A stretch of 64,000 nt of DNA, taken from Ylistrum balloti (Eukaryota). Shown here piece after piece: positions 1 through 13,000 of the stretch. The notes under the pieces were generated by a model, which was not told where the DNA came from, searched no databases, and saw nothing but the letters and a program-made list of their open reading frames with translations. Where the stretch lies: assembly GCF_031769215.1 (NCBI RefSeq), contig NW_026781869.1, forward strand, positions 496,001 through 560,000, given 5' to 3'. The position numbers and the translations under genes were made by a program. Positions within the stretch are counted from its first letter, which is position 1. Each line of letters begins with the position of its first letter.

Positions 1-571
1 TTTGCCCGTAGAATACTTATCGCCAACTGGAACAAAATGACATCCATTCTTAATTTAGTCTGACATTGGCTGGGTGGCCACCTATGAAGACAAGTTCGAT
101 ATATATCCATTCATTTTTGCCATCACACAAAGAGAAATGCGAATGAATTATCTACACTCTTGTCATATGACGAGATAAATATATAACTTAAACTCCAGTC
201 TATTTCCATTGCTTCTATTTTCTCTTGTCTTTAAATATCACTTGATACAGACAATGAGTCACCGACAAGAACAATGGCATCATGGAAAGTGGTAATATGT
301 TCCTCTCCCTTCGCCAATTGTGTTATTTGAAGGAAAGCATACCTAGATCTGCAGTCAGCATCCCTCATATACAAAATGGTTTTCTATCAAGGGTGTTATA
401 TCAGGATAAGGCACCATGACTGGTTTCAGAATATACATTATGGCGTTATCTAAATTCTGAAAACACCCTAGCACTTCCATCACGAAAATAATAAAATAAC
501 ATATATATTATAATGTAATCACTATGGCATGAAACCATCCCTGTGTTGTTGAAAACTTCCTCTGGCTTCAA
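1..571 (-). pseudogene. Decayed cGAS-like receptor (cGLR/Mab-21) exon 2, copy 1; continues beyond the left edge of the window
   Basis: The reverse complement aligns by eye along its whole length with 55248-55940, e.g. EEVFNN..DYI, ...DAIVLVGDS..SSDI*RQ, EW..RT...WP, NGCHFVPVGDKYST vs DGCHVVPVGDKCST. Acceptor tttatttcag|TTG at 572/571. It has in-frame stops and frameshifts, and the GS..DxD motif is destroyed. Confidence 0.85.
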
Positions 572-859
572 CTGAAATAAAGTGATCAAGTTTAAAGTTT
601 AATCCGAAAAGTCTTTAAAGGCATATATAGTTCAAACATAATAAGTAAATAAGTTCGCGGATAACATGTATATTTCCAACCAGTTGCGACCAATTGTACT
701 AAAATATAAGACATTTTGCTATAACAATTTGTCAAATAAAAAAATAATGATAACTGAAGTCTCCACATGACTTCTTCACTTCAGGACATGCAGATAAAAA
801 CGTACCTATCAATTTTAAACACAAGGATACAAAATCACTACCATTCAGGATGTCCTTCA

Positions 860-1785
860 GGGCAGACTGATATATAATGTTTACACACCGCGTCACATAT
901 TACTACCCTCAGGGCAGACTGACACATCATGTTTACACACCGCGTCACATATTACTACCCTCAGGGCAGACTGACACCTAATGTTAACACACAGCGTCGC
1001 ATATTACTACCCTCAGGGCAAACTGACACATCATGTTTACACACCGCGTCGCATATTACTACCCTCATGGCAGACTGACACATCATGTTTACACACCGCG
1101 TCACATATTACTACCCTCAGGGCAGACTGAGACTGACACCTATTTTTTACACATCGTGTCACATATTACTACCCTCAGCACAGACTGACACATCATGTTT
1201 ACACACCGCGTCACATATTATTACCCTCAGCATACACTGACACATCATGTTTACACACCGCGTCACATATTACTACCCTCAGGGCAGACTGACACATCAT
1301 GTTTACACACCGCGTCACATATTATTACCCTCAGCACACACTGACACATCATGTTTACACACCGCGTCACATATTATTACCCTCAGCACAGACTGACACA
1401 TCATGTTTACACACCGCGTCACATATTATTATCCTCAGCACACACTGACACATCATGTTTACACACCGCGTCACATATTATTACCCTCAGCACACACTGA
1501 CACATCATGTTTACACACCGCGTCACATATTATTACCCTCAGCACACACTGACACATCATGTTTACACACCGCGTCACATATTATTACCCTCAGCACAGA
1601 CTGACACATCATGTTTACACACCGCGTCACATATTATTACCCTCAGCACACACCGACACATCATGTTTACACACCGCGTCACATATTATTATCCTCAGCA
1701 CACACTGACACATCATGTTTACACACCGCGTCACATATTATTACCCTCAGCACACACTGACACATCATGTTTACACACTTACACA
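860..1785. repeat. Tandem minisatellite, 52-bp unit (cagggcagactgacacatcatgtttacacaccgcgtcacatattactaccct), about 17 copies
   Basis: Direct tandem repeats read from the sequence. Confidence 0.95.
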
Positions 1786-1859
1786 CATCGTATTACACGT
1801 AAGGGCAGAAAAGAACATAAAGTTCACAAAAAGCGTATATCAACCACTATCGTATAAAG

Positions 1860-2570
1860 AGGCAGCTGACAACTACCTCTCAGAACAAACATAAATAATG
1901 TTTACACACAGCACCATCTGACAACTGCCTCTTAAAACAGACAATTGCCTCTTAAAACAGGCATTGATAATGTTTACACACAATACCATCTGAGAACTGC
2001 CTCTTAAACAGGCATTGATAATGTTTACACACAATACCATCTGACAACTGCATCTTAAAACAGGCATTGATAATGTTTACACATAGCATCAGCTGACAAC
2101 TGCCTCTTAAAACAGGCATTGATAATGTTTACACACAGCACCATCTGACAACTGCCTCTTAAAACAGGCATTGATAATGTTTACACACAGCACCATCTGA
2201 CAACTGCCTCTTAAAACAGCCATTCATAATATTTACACACAATACCATCTGACAACTGCCTCTTAAAACAGGCATTCATAATGTTTACACACAATACCAT
2301 CTGACAACTGCCTCTTAAAACAGGCATTTATAATGTTTATACACAGCACCATCTGACAACTGCCTCGTAGAACAGACATAAATATTTTTTACACACAGCA
2401 CCATCTGACCACTGCCTCTTAGACATATATATGTTAACATACAGAACCATTGGAACACTGCCTCTCAAACTAGACATTAATAATGTTTTCACCAGCACCA
2501 CCTGACCACTGCCTTAAAAACAGACTTAAACATAATGGTCGCACACAGCGTCACCTGACTACTACTTTTT
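1860..2570. repeat. Tandem minisatellite, second 52-bp unit (acagcaccatctgacaactgcctcttaaaacaggcattgataatgtttacac), about 13 copies, degenerate at the ends
   Basis: Direct tandem repeats; shares an atgtttacac core with the neighbouring arrays. Confidence 0.9.
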
Positions 2571-2672
2571 AAAGTCGACATACAAATCATGTTTACTTAC
2601 AGCAGACATATATATATATAATGTTAACATACAGCAAACTTTTACATAATATTTACATACAGCAGACATATA

Positions 2673-3992
2673 TGTCACGAACGCAGGCACATCTTTTTGT
2701 TATTGTGAATGGTGAGTGAATTGGTCACGTGTGCGTGTGTGTGTACGTGTGAAGAAGGACGGGTAGTGCATGGGCTGGACAGGTGAGAGGAGTGGCCATT
2801 GTTTGGCAGAGCTGTTTATAATTAGTTTCCCAGCTGTAATTCGTGTGTGATGACGCCCGGATATCTGACTGGGGTAAGTATTCTTTCTATCTTTCAGAAA
2901 TTGTTGTTTTATTTGGCTATTTCGTGCCATATTTTAATTGTCCCTTTTGTCGGTCAACCAATCTATCTATCGATGCGTGTCCACTCGAGCGTAACTATTT
3001 GCTGTTATAGTATACAGGTGTGTTGATTTTAAATGTCATAATTAACAGTATTAGGTAATTAGGATCTATGTGGTATTATAGTAATGTGTTGATATGTACA
3101 AGTAATTTAGTTGCCTTTAAGCGTATATTTCGCTTAATAACATTATTTTGTTCGAGTAGTTGTATTTGCCTGTGCAAGGGTTGAGTGCGCGCAGGTGTAA
3201 AAAGTACGGAAGCCACCAAGTAGCATATATGGTTGCGGTGATACGTGCGTTTTGGCATTATTATTATAAGAAAATGGTCACGCATCCTAGAATTTAATAT
3301 GTTTGTAGGGGTATATGTACAATTAGGTTTGAATTTATAAAGGGAAGTAGAATGGATGGTAAATTATATAGTTAGTAAGGAATGTCTTAGTTGGATTAAA
3401 GTATGGATGTGCGTGAGTGTTTATGATATTTTGTCATGTTTATTATAGCTTCACACGACGGGCAGACAACTAAGTTAGGTTACCCAAAGCCTGCAACAGA
3501 CTGGTATGCAACAGACTAGTATGCAACGGGGCCGGCCAGTGTTGCAACAGCAACTACCAGGAACACGGTGGTCAGCTACCAGGACGTTCAGACAAGACGT
3601 CAGGCGGGCTATGCAGGCAGTGTTGATGTTGGAGATCCTGGTCTGAGAGGCACCAGTGATGTTGATAGGCATATGCTGTTGTATTTATTGTGTTAGCTGT
3701 GGGCTAAATTTTGTTTACATTTTGTGCACCGTCTCGAGCTGGTGAACGACGAGTTGGAACCTGTAAAGACCACTGGGTGACTGTATTTCCTCGGAGATAT
3801 GTGAAGACTCATAGTGTGTGAAGAGACTGTAGTATAACATTTAGAGGCGTGGAAGATAGAGAGGGTAAATGCGAGTGTGTTATTGTCTATATTTAGTGTA
3901 TTTAGTGTAAATAAACTTGTATATATCAGTATTGCACTATCTCTTGTGGTTTTTTCCCGTGAGTGCCGAACTGAGGCTAGTCCCGCGTTACA
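2673..3992 (+). mobile_element. Solo LTR (about 1320 bp) of an LTR retrotransposon
   Basis: Starts TGTCACG (2673) and ends CGTTACA (3992), i.e. TG...CA imperfect inverted termini. Flanked by a 5-bp direct repeat ATATA (2668-2672 and 3993-3997). AATAAA lies near 3909. It interrupts the 28-bp satellite, which resumes after it. No gag/pol ORF is present. Strand is inferred only from the AATAAA position. Confidence 0.8.
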
Positions 3993-5635
3993 ATATATAT
4001 AATGTTTACAAATGTTTACATACAGCAGACATATACATAATGTTTACATACAGCAGACATACACAATGTTTACATACAACAGACATATACATAATGTTTA
4101 CATACAGCAGACATATACATAATGTTTACAAACAACAGACATACACATATATATAGAAAATGTTTACATACATCAGACATACACATAATGTTTACATAGT
4201 AGACATTTAGAAAATGTTTATATACAACAGACATACACATGTTTACATACAGCAGACATACACATGTTTACATACAGCAGACATATACATAATGTTTACA
4301 TACAGCAGACATACACAAAATGTTTATATACAGCAGACATATACATAATGTTTACATACAGCAGACATATACATAATGTTTTCATGCAGCATACATACAC
4401 ATAATGTTTACATACAGCAGACATACACATGTTTACATACAGCAGACATATACGTAATGTTTACATACAGCAGACATATACATAATGTTTACATACAGCA
4501 GACACATACATAATGTTTACATACAGCAGACATATACATAATGTTTTCATGCAGCATACATACACATAATGTTTACATACAGCAGACATACACAATGTTT
4601 ACATACAACAGACATATACATAATGTTTACATACAGCAGACATATACATAATGTTTACAAACAACAGACATACACATAATGTTTACATACCGCAGACATT
4701 TAGAAAATGTTTACATACATCAGACATACACATAATGTTTACATAGTAGACATTTAGAAAATGTTTATATACAACAGACATACACATGTTTACATACAGC
4801 AGACATATACATAATGTTTACATACAGCAGACATATACATAATGTTTACATACAGCAGACATACACATGTTTACATACAGCAGACATACACATAATGTTT
4901 ACATACAGCAGACATACACAAAATGTTTATATACAGCAGACATATACATAATGTTTACATACAGCAGATATACTCAAAATGTTTACATACAGCAGACATA
5001 TACATAATGTTTACATACAGCAGACATATACATAATGTTTACATACAGCATACATACACAAAATGTTTACATACAGCAGACATATACATAATGTTTTCAT
5101 GCAGCATACATACACATAATGTTTACATACAGCAGACATACACATGTTTACATACAGCAGACATATACATAATGTTTACATACAGCAGACATATACATAA
5201 TGTTTTCATGCAGCATACATACACATAATGTTTACATACAGCAGACATATACATAATGTTTACATACAGCATACATACACATAATGTTTACATACAGCAG
5301 ACATACACATGTTTACATACAGCAGACATATACATAATGTTTACATACAGCAGACATACATAATGTTTACATACAGCAGACATACACATAATGTTACATA
5401 CAGCATACATACACATAATGTTTACATACAGCAGACATCTAGAAAGTGTTTACATACAGCAGAAATATAGAAAATGTTTATATACAGCAGACATATACAT
5501 GTTTACATACAGCATACATACATTAAACACCTACATATTGTTTATATATAGCAGACATATACATAATGTTTATATATAGCAGACATACACATAATGTTTA
5601 CATGCAACAGACATTAAGAAAATGTTTACACCACT
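3993..5635. repeat. Tandem minisatellite, about 28-bp unit (catacagcagacatatacataatgttta), about 58 copies; a few units also lie at about 2580-2672, left of the LTR
   Basis: Direct tandem repeats with 26-29 bp length variants. Confidence 0.95.
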
Positions 5636-5690
5636 TGATCACTGCCGTTATAAACAAATGGCAACTATGTTTTTAACGTTATAGGATTAC

Positions 5691-5787
5691 GAGATCTAAA
5701 GGATAGGTGTTAAGGGATATGGCTCTCCATATTTGATGTGTTCAAACTTCGACTTTTCGACAACGTATTTTTATTTAGATTTGCCAT
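5691..5787 (-). pseudogene. Decayed first coding exon of cGLR copy 1
   Basis: The reverse complement reads ATG GCA AAT...(frameshift)...K S K F E H I K Y G E P Y P L T, matching exon 1 at 53706-53816 (KLNFEHIKYGERCPLT); ctccatatttgatgtgttcaaa is shared exactly. A degenerate GT donor lies at 5690. Confidence 0.7.
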
Positions 5788-7044
5788 TTATCTCGCGATA
5801 AACTCAAACACAAGACTGATAGATGTTAGTGATTTATAGCCTGTTTAACTACATCAGGCTAATTGTCTTGCCACCATCTCTATAGTCAGCTTGCTGGTGT
5901 CTATAGGAACCATTAGCCTTAAGTTTGTCAGATTATAAAACTGAATAAGAAGTCAATAATGTTATACTACTAATGTTACAACTACAGGCCAAACATAAAA
6001 ACAACCAAGTATCTAAAGACGGGGAGTCAATGTAAACAGCCATCCTTACTAAAACCATAATACGGAAAATGTTTTTATGAATTTAACGACCCTTTATAAA
6101 CCGCATGTTTTCCTTTTACTGTAAACGCATTCGTAATACGTATAAAGCTGACAGGCACCTGAACACGTTTAGTCGTGAGCACCTCTATACTACTTAAATA
6201 CTAGTTGCCATATAAATCTTTTCCCTTATTGAATTGGACAGGTAGATCGCCTGTCGATGTTAAAATCTACACTGATGTCCATTATAAAGTATTCTAAGTC
6301 CTCAAATGAGGCCTTCCAAATTTCTGAGAACATGAAAACGCATGAAATACAGCAAGCAAAAATTGCAAAAGTACAATTTTGGGGTTTTTTTAGCAAAGCT
6401 TTCACACCGAAAACATTTCCCGATATGCGGTCTACTGTTTGACAAGCTGATGTCTTACATTTAACATGGAAGTCTCAATCTTTATGTAACTTCCTGCTAA
6501 CGTTACAGACATAATAAGGCTCCACACAGTCCTGTCCGTGCTATCGCACAGATCTCTTCACTACACCTGTACTGGGATAATCTTACACTTGTATCAAGAT
6601 AACCAATCAATGATAACAACCCGTTCATTGTTGTACGTGTAACTATCTATACCTTTGAGTAGTTTCAAGCGTTGTTAAAACATTTCACCATGCCTTAGAG
6701 TACATGTACACAATTAATCTGACGGAGTGGCATACGCATGCAAATATCTAACTACACGGGATATTTGAAGGTATATGTGGGAAACAAAAAACAGATCTGA
6801 CCAGATATGATATTATACATGATCTGACTTCCGGTTGTTGACGCATCTTCTGAAAATGACCAATTCACTAAGAAGGAGATATTGATACACCAAGGGTTTC
6901 TGATAAAGCGATGTTTTCTATGTTTGATATATTTTGACATGTCTTGAGTTAACATTCGAAATATACATTATATCCTCCTCCTCGCATTCGTTCTGGTTGT
7001 CGTCATAACATATTAAACCGGAACAGTATGAATGTAAATATTTT

Positions 7045-10000
7045 TCACATGATTGAGGTGTCGCTGGTACGTTCAATCTTCTCAGTAAAGGCATTGACAC
7101 CGCCTGTTGATAACACTGACAGCTCATCGTTGGCCTTGACCTCTTCCAATTCAACTTTAATCTCTCCGCAGAATTCTTGTGTATTTATCGTCCCTGCTGT
7201 CTGTTGTTCCAGCCATCTTCTTCGCTGGAATTAGAAAATGAACATCTATAGTAAGCCTCTGGTGATTGACAATGAAAGCAATTAGAAAATTATAAGAGAT
7301 ATTACTTGATATGTGTATTATTAAATAAAATACCAGTGGTAATGTGAAATTTTCATTTTTTCAATGACACCTTTAACTATCTTATTCAAACTTTTCAGAA
7401 AATCTCATTTATATATCACTGTCGACTTGGCCCATCATCTACAAATATCATATATCTACACACTGTTTCTTTTAACTCTGAATATTTCAATATACTTTTT
7501 CGTTGTGTACAGAGGTATTTGCTATAGTTTTCTAGAAATAAGGATACAGAAATGATCATAGTGATTAATATAAAAAAAATCATGACTAGGGCAGTGTAGC
7601 ATTGCTTAATTGTTCGGCAGGTGATAGGCTGAACATTAAAAGGTATATTAAGGTTTAATGCTGAGGCTGAAAGATTACTTTTCATAATGTCATTTCATAC
7701 AAATTATGTTATAAAACACAATTGCAATTATTAAAGGAAACACAAATATTTGGTATTGAGAGACATAAAAATATATTCGATTGTGAATTGGCTAGCATGG
7801 TTATCTCATCTTGACATTATATTTGTAAATTACAGTCACATATTAGCATCTATGGTGTTGAAATATTGCCACAATATATTAGGCATGGTCGTTGCACGGT
7901 GCCCTTCGGTGGAACATGTAAGCTTGGGCACTAGTGCCCGTCGGGAAATCAGTTCGACGTTATTTACAGTAGCCACCCCCATAGAAAAAAAACAAAGCTC
8001 AGATTAAAAAAATACACGTACACGTATACTTCAATGAAATTTAGACTTAATTCTTAATAGTGTGTCATGTTTTAATAGTATGATCGATTTATGTGAGTTA
8101 TTCTCAAGACCCTGATAAATTCCGAATACTTTCCATCCCACGTTTAGTATGACCACGTGGTTTAGCCCTTCCGCTCTCATTCCATTTCGTGCTTTTGGAG
8201 GGGAGGAGTGCTGGATCAAGAGGAATTAAGGACAGCCTTGCGTTGTCACATACGCAGTTTAAAAAAAAGTCGAAGTCATTGTTATAACATTTGTAACATT
8301 TGTTGGCTCGGTTATTCATGCATGTTTTTCTAGTTCTAGCACTCTTTGAGCTATGTACACTGTAAGAAAAACAAGGCGGCGAGGGAAAGCGACTACTAGG
8401 TTTGCTAAGAAGGCTCGTAAAGAGACAGTTTTAGCAACAGACCCAGTCCTAGTGCAATCTGAGGAGGAACAAGTCACAGATCCAGGGGTTGCTGAGGCGG
8501 CGTCAGAGGCATCTACTGGAGGTACGTTAAATCCTCCACCAATTGTCAGTGTAGTTGATGATTTGGCGGTACATGCTCCCCAAGTCATTCGATCAAAAAA
8601 TCACGAATGGGGAATATGTGAACCTGACTTGTCTTCTGGACAATACATCTGGGGATGATAGGGTTAACACTCATAAAATCTCCTTGATGGATGAGGAACT
8701 GGTGGTTAGGCTCAAGGTAACGTCTAAAAAGATTACTGACATATCCCATTGGACTGACGCATTTCTCATTTTCACTAGTATATACACATCAGTGCATCCC
8801 CATTAGTTGCATGGCATTCTAAAGTATATGCGCACTGTACGATTAGGTGCCCAGAGGTCTGGGGGTCAAAACTGTATATAATGAATAGTTTCGGCTGAGA
8901 AAGGCTCGTAACCCAGAAAGTTCATGGGGAAAGCTGGATAATGAATTGTTTTTACTCTACATGACCCCCCAATCATCTCGCGATAGGCAAAATGTTAATG
9001 CTAACAATGGGAATGGGTCACAAAAGTGTTTTGACTTCAACTATAAGGGTAATTGTACCAGAGTAGTATGTACCTATTCACATCGGTGTCTATGGTGTAA
9101 CGGTACCAACCCCTAGACCAGATGTTTTCAGAACAATAGGAATTCTTCATCCTTTCGAAACAAAACCGGAAACTCTCAAACCAGTCACTTGCCCAGCCAA
9201 AAAACAATGTTCAACAAAATATGAGCTCTGGGAAAGTCTCCAATTAGCATACATTCACTGAGTAGGTGGACCTCTAGCTATCCTAGGGCAGATATGGGTA
9301 GAGAATTAATGTTAGGTTTTTCCAACGGATTTAGGATTCACTATCAAGGACCAAGAGTTTCAACCTTTGCAAAGAATTTAAAATCTACAGTGTCTCATGA
9401 AGCTGAGACAAGGGACAAGACAATTAAGGAAGTTGGGTAGAATATCAGGCCCTTTTAATACCTTGCCAATCTCTACTCTTCATGTAACCCCATCGGGTTG
9501 GTTCCGAAGACAAATGGTACATGGAGACTAATGACTAATTTGTCTTATCCACTTGAAGGAAGCATCAATAGTTTTATCGATCCAAATGAAGCCCTCAAAA
9601 CTAGGAAAATGGGCTCTACTTGGGAAAATGGATATTAAATCTGCCTTCCCATTGATTTCAATACACCCCTCAGAAGTTTAAGGGGGAATTCTACATTGAC
9701 AAATGTTTACCTATGGGGTGTTCAATATCATGTAGCATTTTTCGAAAAGTTTTCAACGTTTATTAAATCGGTTGTGATGGTTCAGTCTAAGGAAAAAAAC
9801 GGTGGACCATTATCTAGATGACTTTCTATTTGCTGGAAAAGGTGGTAGTGGGACATGTGCACGTTTGATGAGGATTTTTTGGGGAGGTTTGTGAAGAGCT
9901 GGGCATTCCTATAGCAGGGGAAAAAACCGAAGGCCCAAAAACAGTAATTATTTTCTTGAGGGTTAGAAATTGACACTGAGAAAATGGTTGTAAGAATTCC

Positions 10001-13000
10001 TTATGAAAAACAGTTAGCACTTATAGCTGATATAAACTTGGTTTTACTAAGGAATGCTTCAGCCGTTAACAGGTACTTTATCGTTCTATGCCAGTGTTAT
10101 TACAGTGGCTCGAGCATTCTTCCGAAGGATGTTTGATGCCATGATGGGAATTAGCAAACCTTTCCGCTTAGTAAGGATAACATCAGGAATCAAAGAGGAC
10201 TTGGAAATGTGGCCGATTTTTCTGAAACATTTCAATGGGGTGTGTTACATCTCAGAAGCCAACTGGTGCCCCAGTGATACTTTGGGCTTATTTACAGACA
10301 GTGCAGGTAGTGGTGACTTGGGTTGTGGGGAGCTATTTGGGTTCAGATGGTCAGTTTTTAAATGGCCGTGTACCTGGCAAAAAATGCCAATTATGAAAGA
10401 CCTAATATTCATAGAGCTAGTTCCCATTTTGTTAGCCGTACCAACCTGGAGATTGGAGTTCAGGCGTAAAAAGATTGTGTTCAATGTAGACAATGAGACA
10501 CTTGTTACCATTCTAAACAGGAAAACCTCCAAATCCACTAGAGTCATGTCATTGTTGCGCCCATTGTTAATTTGTTGTATGAATAATAATATCCAGTTCA
10601 AGGCCATTCACGTGTGATTTTAAAATCTGTAACATGCATCATACCTTTCCGAAATCGACACCAAAGTTTAAATATCTGCGTGCCTTTTTGGGAAGATATG
10701 GAAACAGTTGGTCACCAAGAGGTAATATATATCTCACGTCTACTTCAACTGCGGATGGGTGATCTAGAAAACAGAAAGCAGACAGTTATCAGAATTTTTT
10801 TCTGGTTTTTGTTTTTGTTTTTGTTTTTTTTTTTTTGTTTTTTTGTTTTTTTTTTTTTTTTGTTTTTTTGTTTATTTGTTTTTCTTTTCTTGTGAGATAT
10901 GTTGAAGGCGGGTTTTGATTTTACTTAATACTGACTCTTTTTTTCTTCATTCGCTGCTTCAGCATAAGCAGGCAAGTCGCCGTCAAAAGTGTACAATCTA
11001 TATAAGCGGTATTTGAAAATAATTCATTGTAAATCTCATAAACACATTCTCAGTTAATTGATTTACCTTAATTTAGGAGCTAGTTTTTATTCTTCAACGC
11101 AGAACCAATATATCTTGTGCAACAAGTCAAATTTACAGTTGTCCTTCTAGATCGAAGTTGTGCCAGGTCGACTTTTCACCTTATTAATTTGTCAATAGAA
11201 GCTAGGCATCAAATTGCCTTTTTTTTCCAAATCGGACACTTCTAAATAATCACCTGTCAGCAAGCTCACGATAGATCCCAGACCAATTGTCAATAATATC
11301 CCTATGGCTCCGAACCAACGAAAGGACACCGAATATAACTTGTCTATGCCTTGACTAGAAAAGGTAATTGGTACAAGACATCACAAATGTCATCTTAAGA
11401 AATTACAGAATCTGTGAATCACATGTAAATATATTTGTTGATTTCACGAAAGGAGTAAATTTATCAATTTGAAATAAAAGACTATAATGATTCAATGCGA
11501 ATTATCTTTTATCAAATACAATAATTCTGTAAGAAAAATGAAATACCACAATAAAACCTAATTTTATGTTGTATCAGTACCTTTCGAATATACATATTGT
11601 AACAAAATGATTGTGTATATTGCTACCTCCATCGCACTTCCGGATTTAAGCATGGATTGTGTATATTGCTCTTACCATTGCACTTCCGGATTTAAGAGTG
11701 AATTGTGTATATTGCTCTTACCATTGCACTTCCGGATTTAAGCGTGGATTGTGTATATTGCTCTTACCATTGCACTTCCGGATTTAAGCGTGGATTGTGT
11801 ATATTGCTCTTACGATTGCACTTCCGGATTTAAGCGTGGATTGTGTATATTGCTCTTACCATTGCACTTCCGGATTTAAGCTTGGATTGTGTATGTTGCT
11901 TCTACCTTTGCACTTACGGATTAAAACTTCTAAACATATCCATTTCATCCTCGTATGCTGCTATTCGTGACGCTGTGTCGCTGAGAGAAATCGTGATGTT
12001 ATGATTAAACGTTGAACTATCTGATATAGTTGCATTAGCAGGAAAAGTCAAATCTATACTACATTGATGTCTTGGATTCGATGGAAGCCAAGGCTCGCTT
12101 GGTGCAGACGTGAAGAGGTTTTGTCCCAGAGATATCCAGAACACAAATATCATTGAGATTACCCCACCTGTAAGGACGCCCTGTAACACACCAGATACTT
12201 AAAAAAACGAAATGAAATGAAATAAAACAAAAACAGCTACATTTCTCTACACAGTCCCAAAAACAAAACATCTCAAGCTGGTCTCCTAATGTTCTTATGT
12301 TTGAAAGGAAATAAGGCATTAGCCAAAAGAAACGTAAAAATCATGACCGTACCGCGATTACTTTTTAAACAATAAATGAATTATCATACTTACCTTTTTT
12401 GTGGACCAAGGGCAAAATATGGAAAATAGAAACATGCCAGAAAGCGGTCCTCCGAAACAAGTCAGTACTGAAGAAGCTATCTGGAAAATAGTGTTCATTT
12501 TCGTATAGTACCGAATACGGATTCTGCATGATCGTGGAAACGACAAATAACATATTTTCGAGGGGCTTCAATTTCGTGGTTTTCGAAAATAATTGTTTTC
12601 GTTAGTGCATCATTTCGTAGTTAAATCTATCTTTAGAGATCTGCTAGTACTATAATCTAATTTTTATCAGTTCATTATTTCGTGAACATATTAATTTATG
12701 GAGTTAGACAAAAATGTCCCCACGGATATCAATGATTTTATATTATATAATAATACTAACAAGAAATGTGTTGCAGTAAGTCATCGAGAGACTTTGGTGA
12801 GTCACTCATGTCGACAGAGCGTAAAATACTCTTGTGTAATCGCATAACGTTACACTGTGTGCCACGTGTGCACATGTTTGCGCACGTGTGCGATTCTATC
12901 ATGGTTGATATAAATTTAGATATTACTTAAGAAGAAGTGTGAGATGGGGTTTATTTGTGCTGTAAATACATAAGACTACAGGTAGGTAAGTATCAATCCA

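Noticed and set aside
860-5635. Regularly spaced repeats as a possible CRISPR array, and ORFs such as 1507-1857 and 4923-5228
   Set aside because: These are head-to-tail tandem units with no unique spacers and no cas genes, in a eukaryotic intron context. The ORFs are translations of the repeat unit.
7926-7939. Perfect 14-bp palindrome gggcactagtgccc just left of the DIRS element
   Set aside because: It is isolated, and I found no partner terminus, TSD or second copy to tie it to an element.
12863-12888. Hairpin cacgtgtgca-N6-tgcgcacgtg as a possible Helitron end or structured RNA
   Set aside because: It is short and built on low-complexity CA/TG sequence, with no adjacent CTRR terminus recognised.
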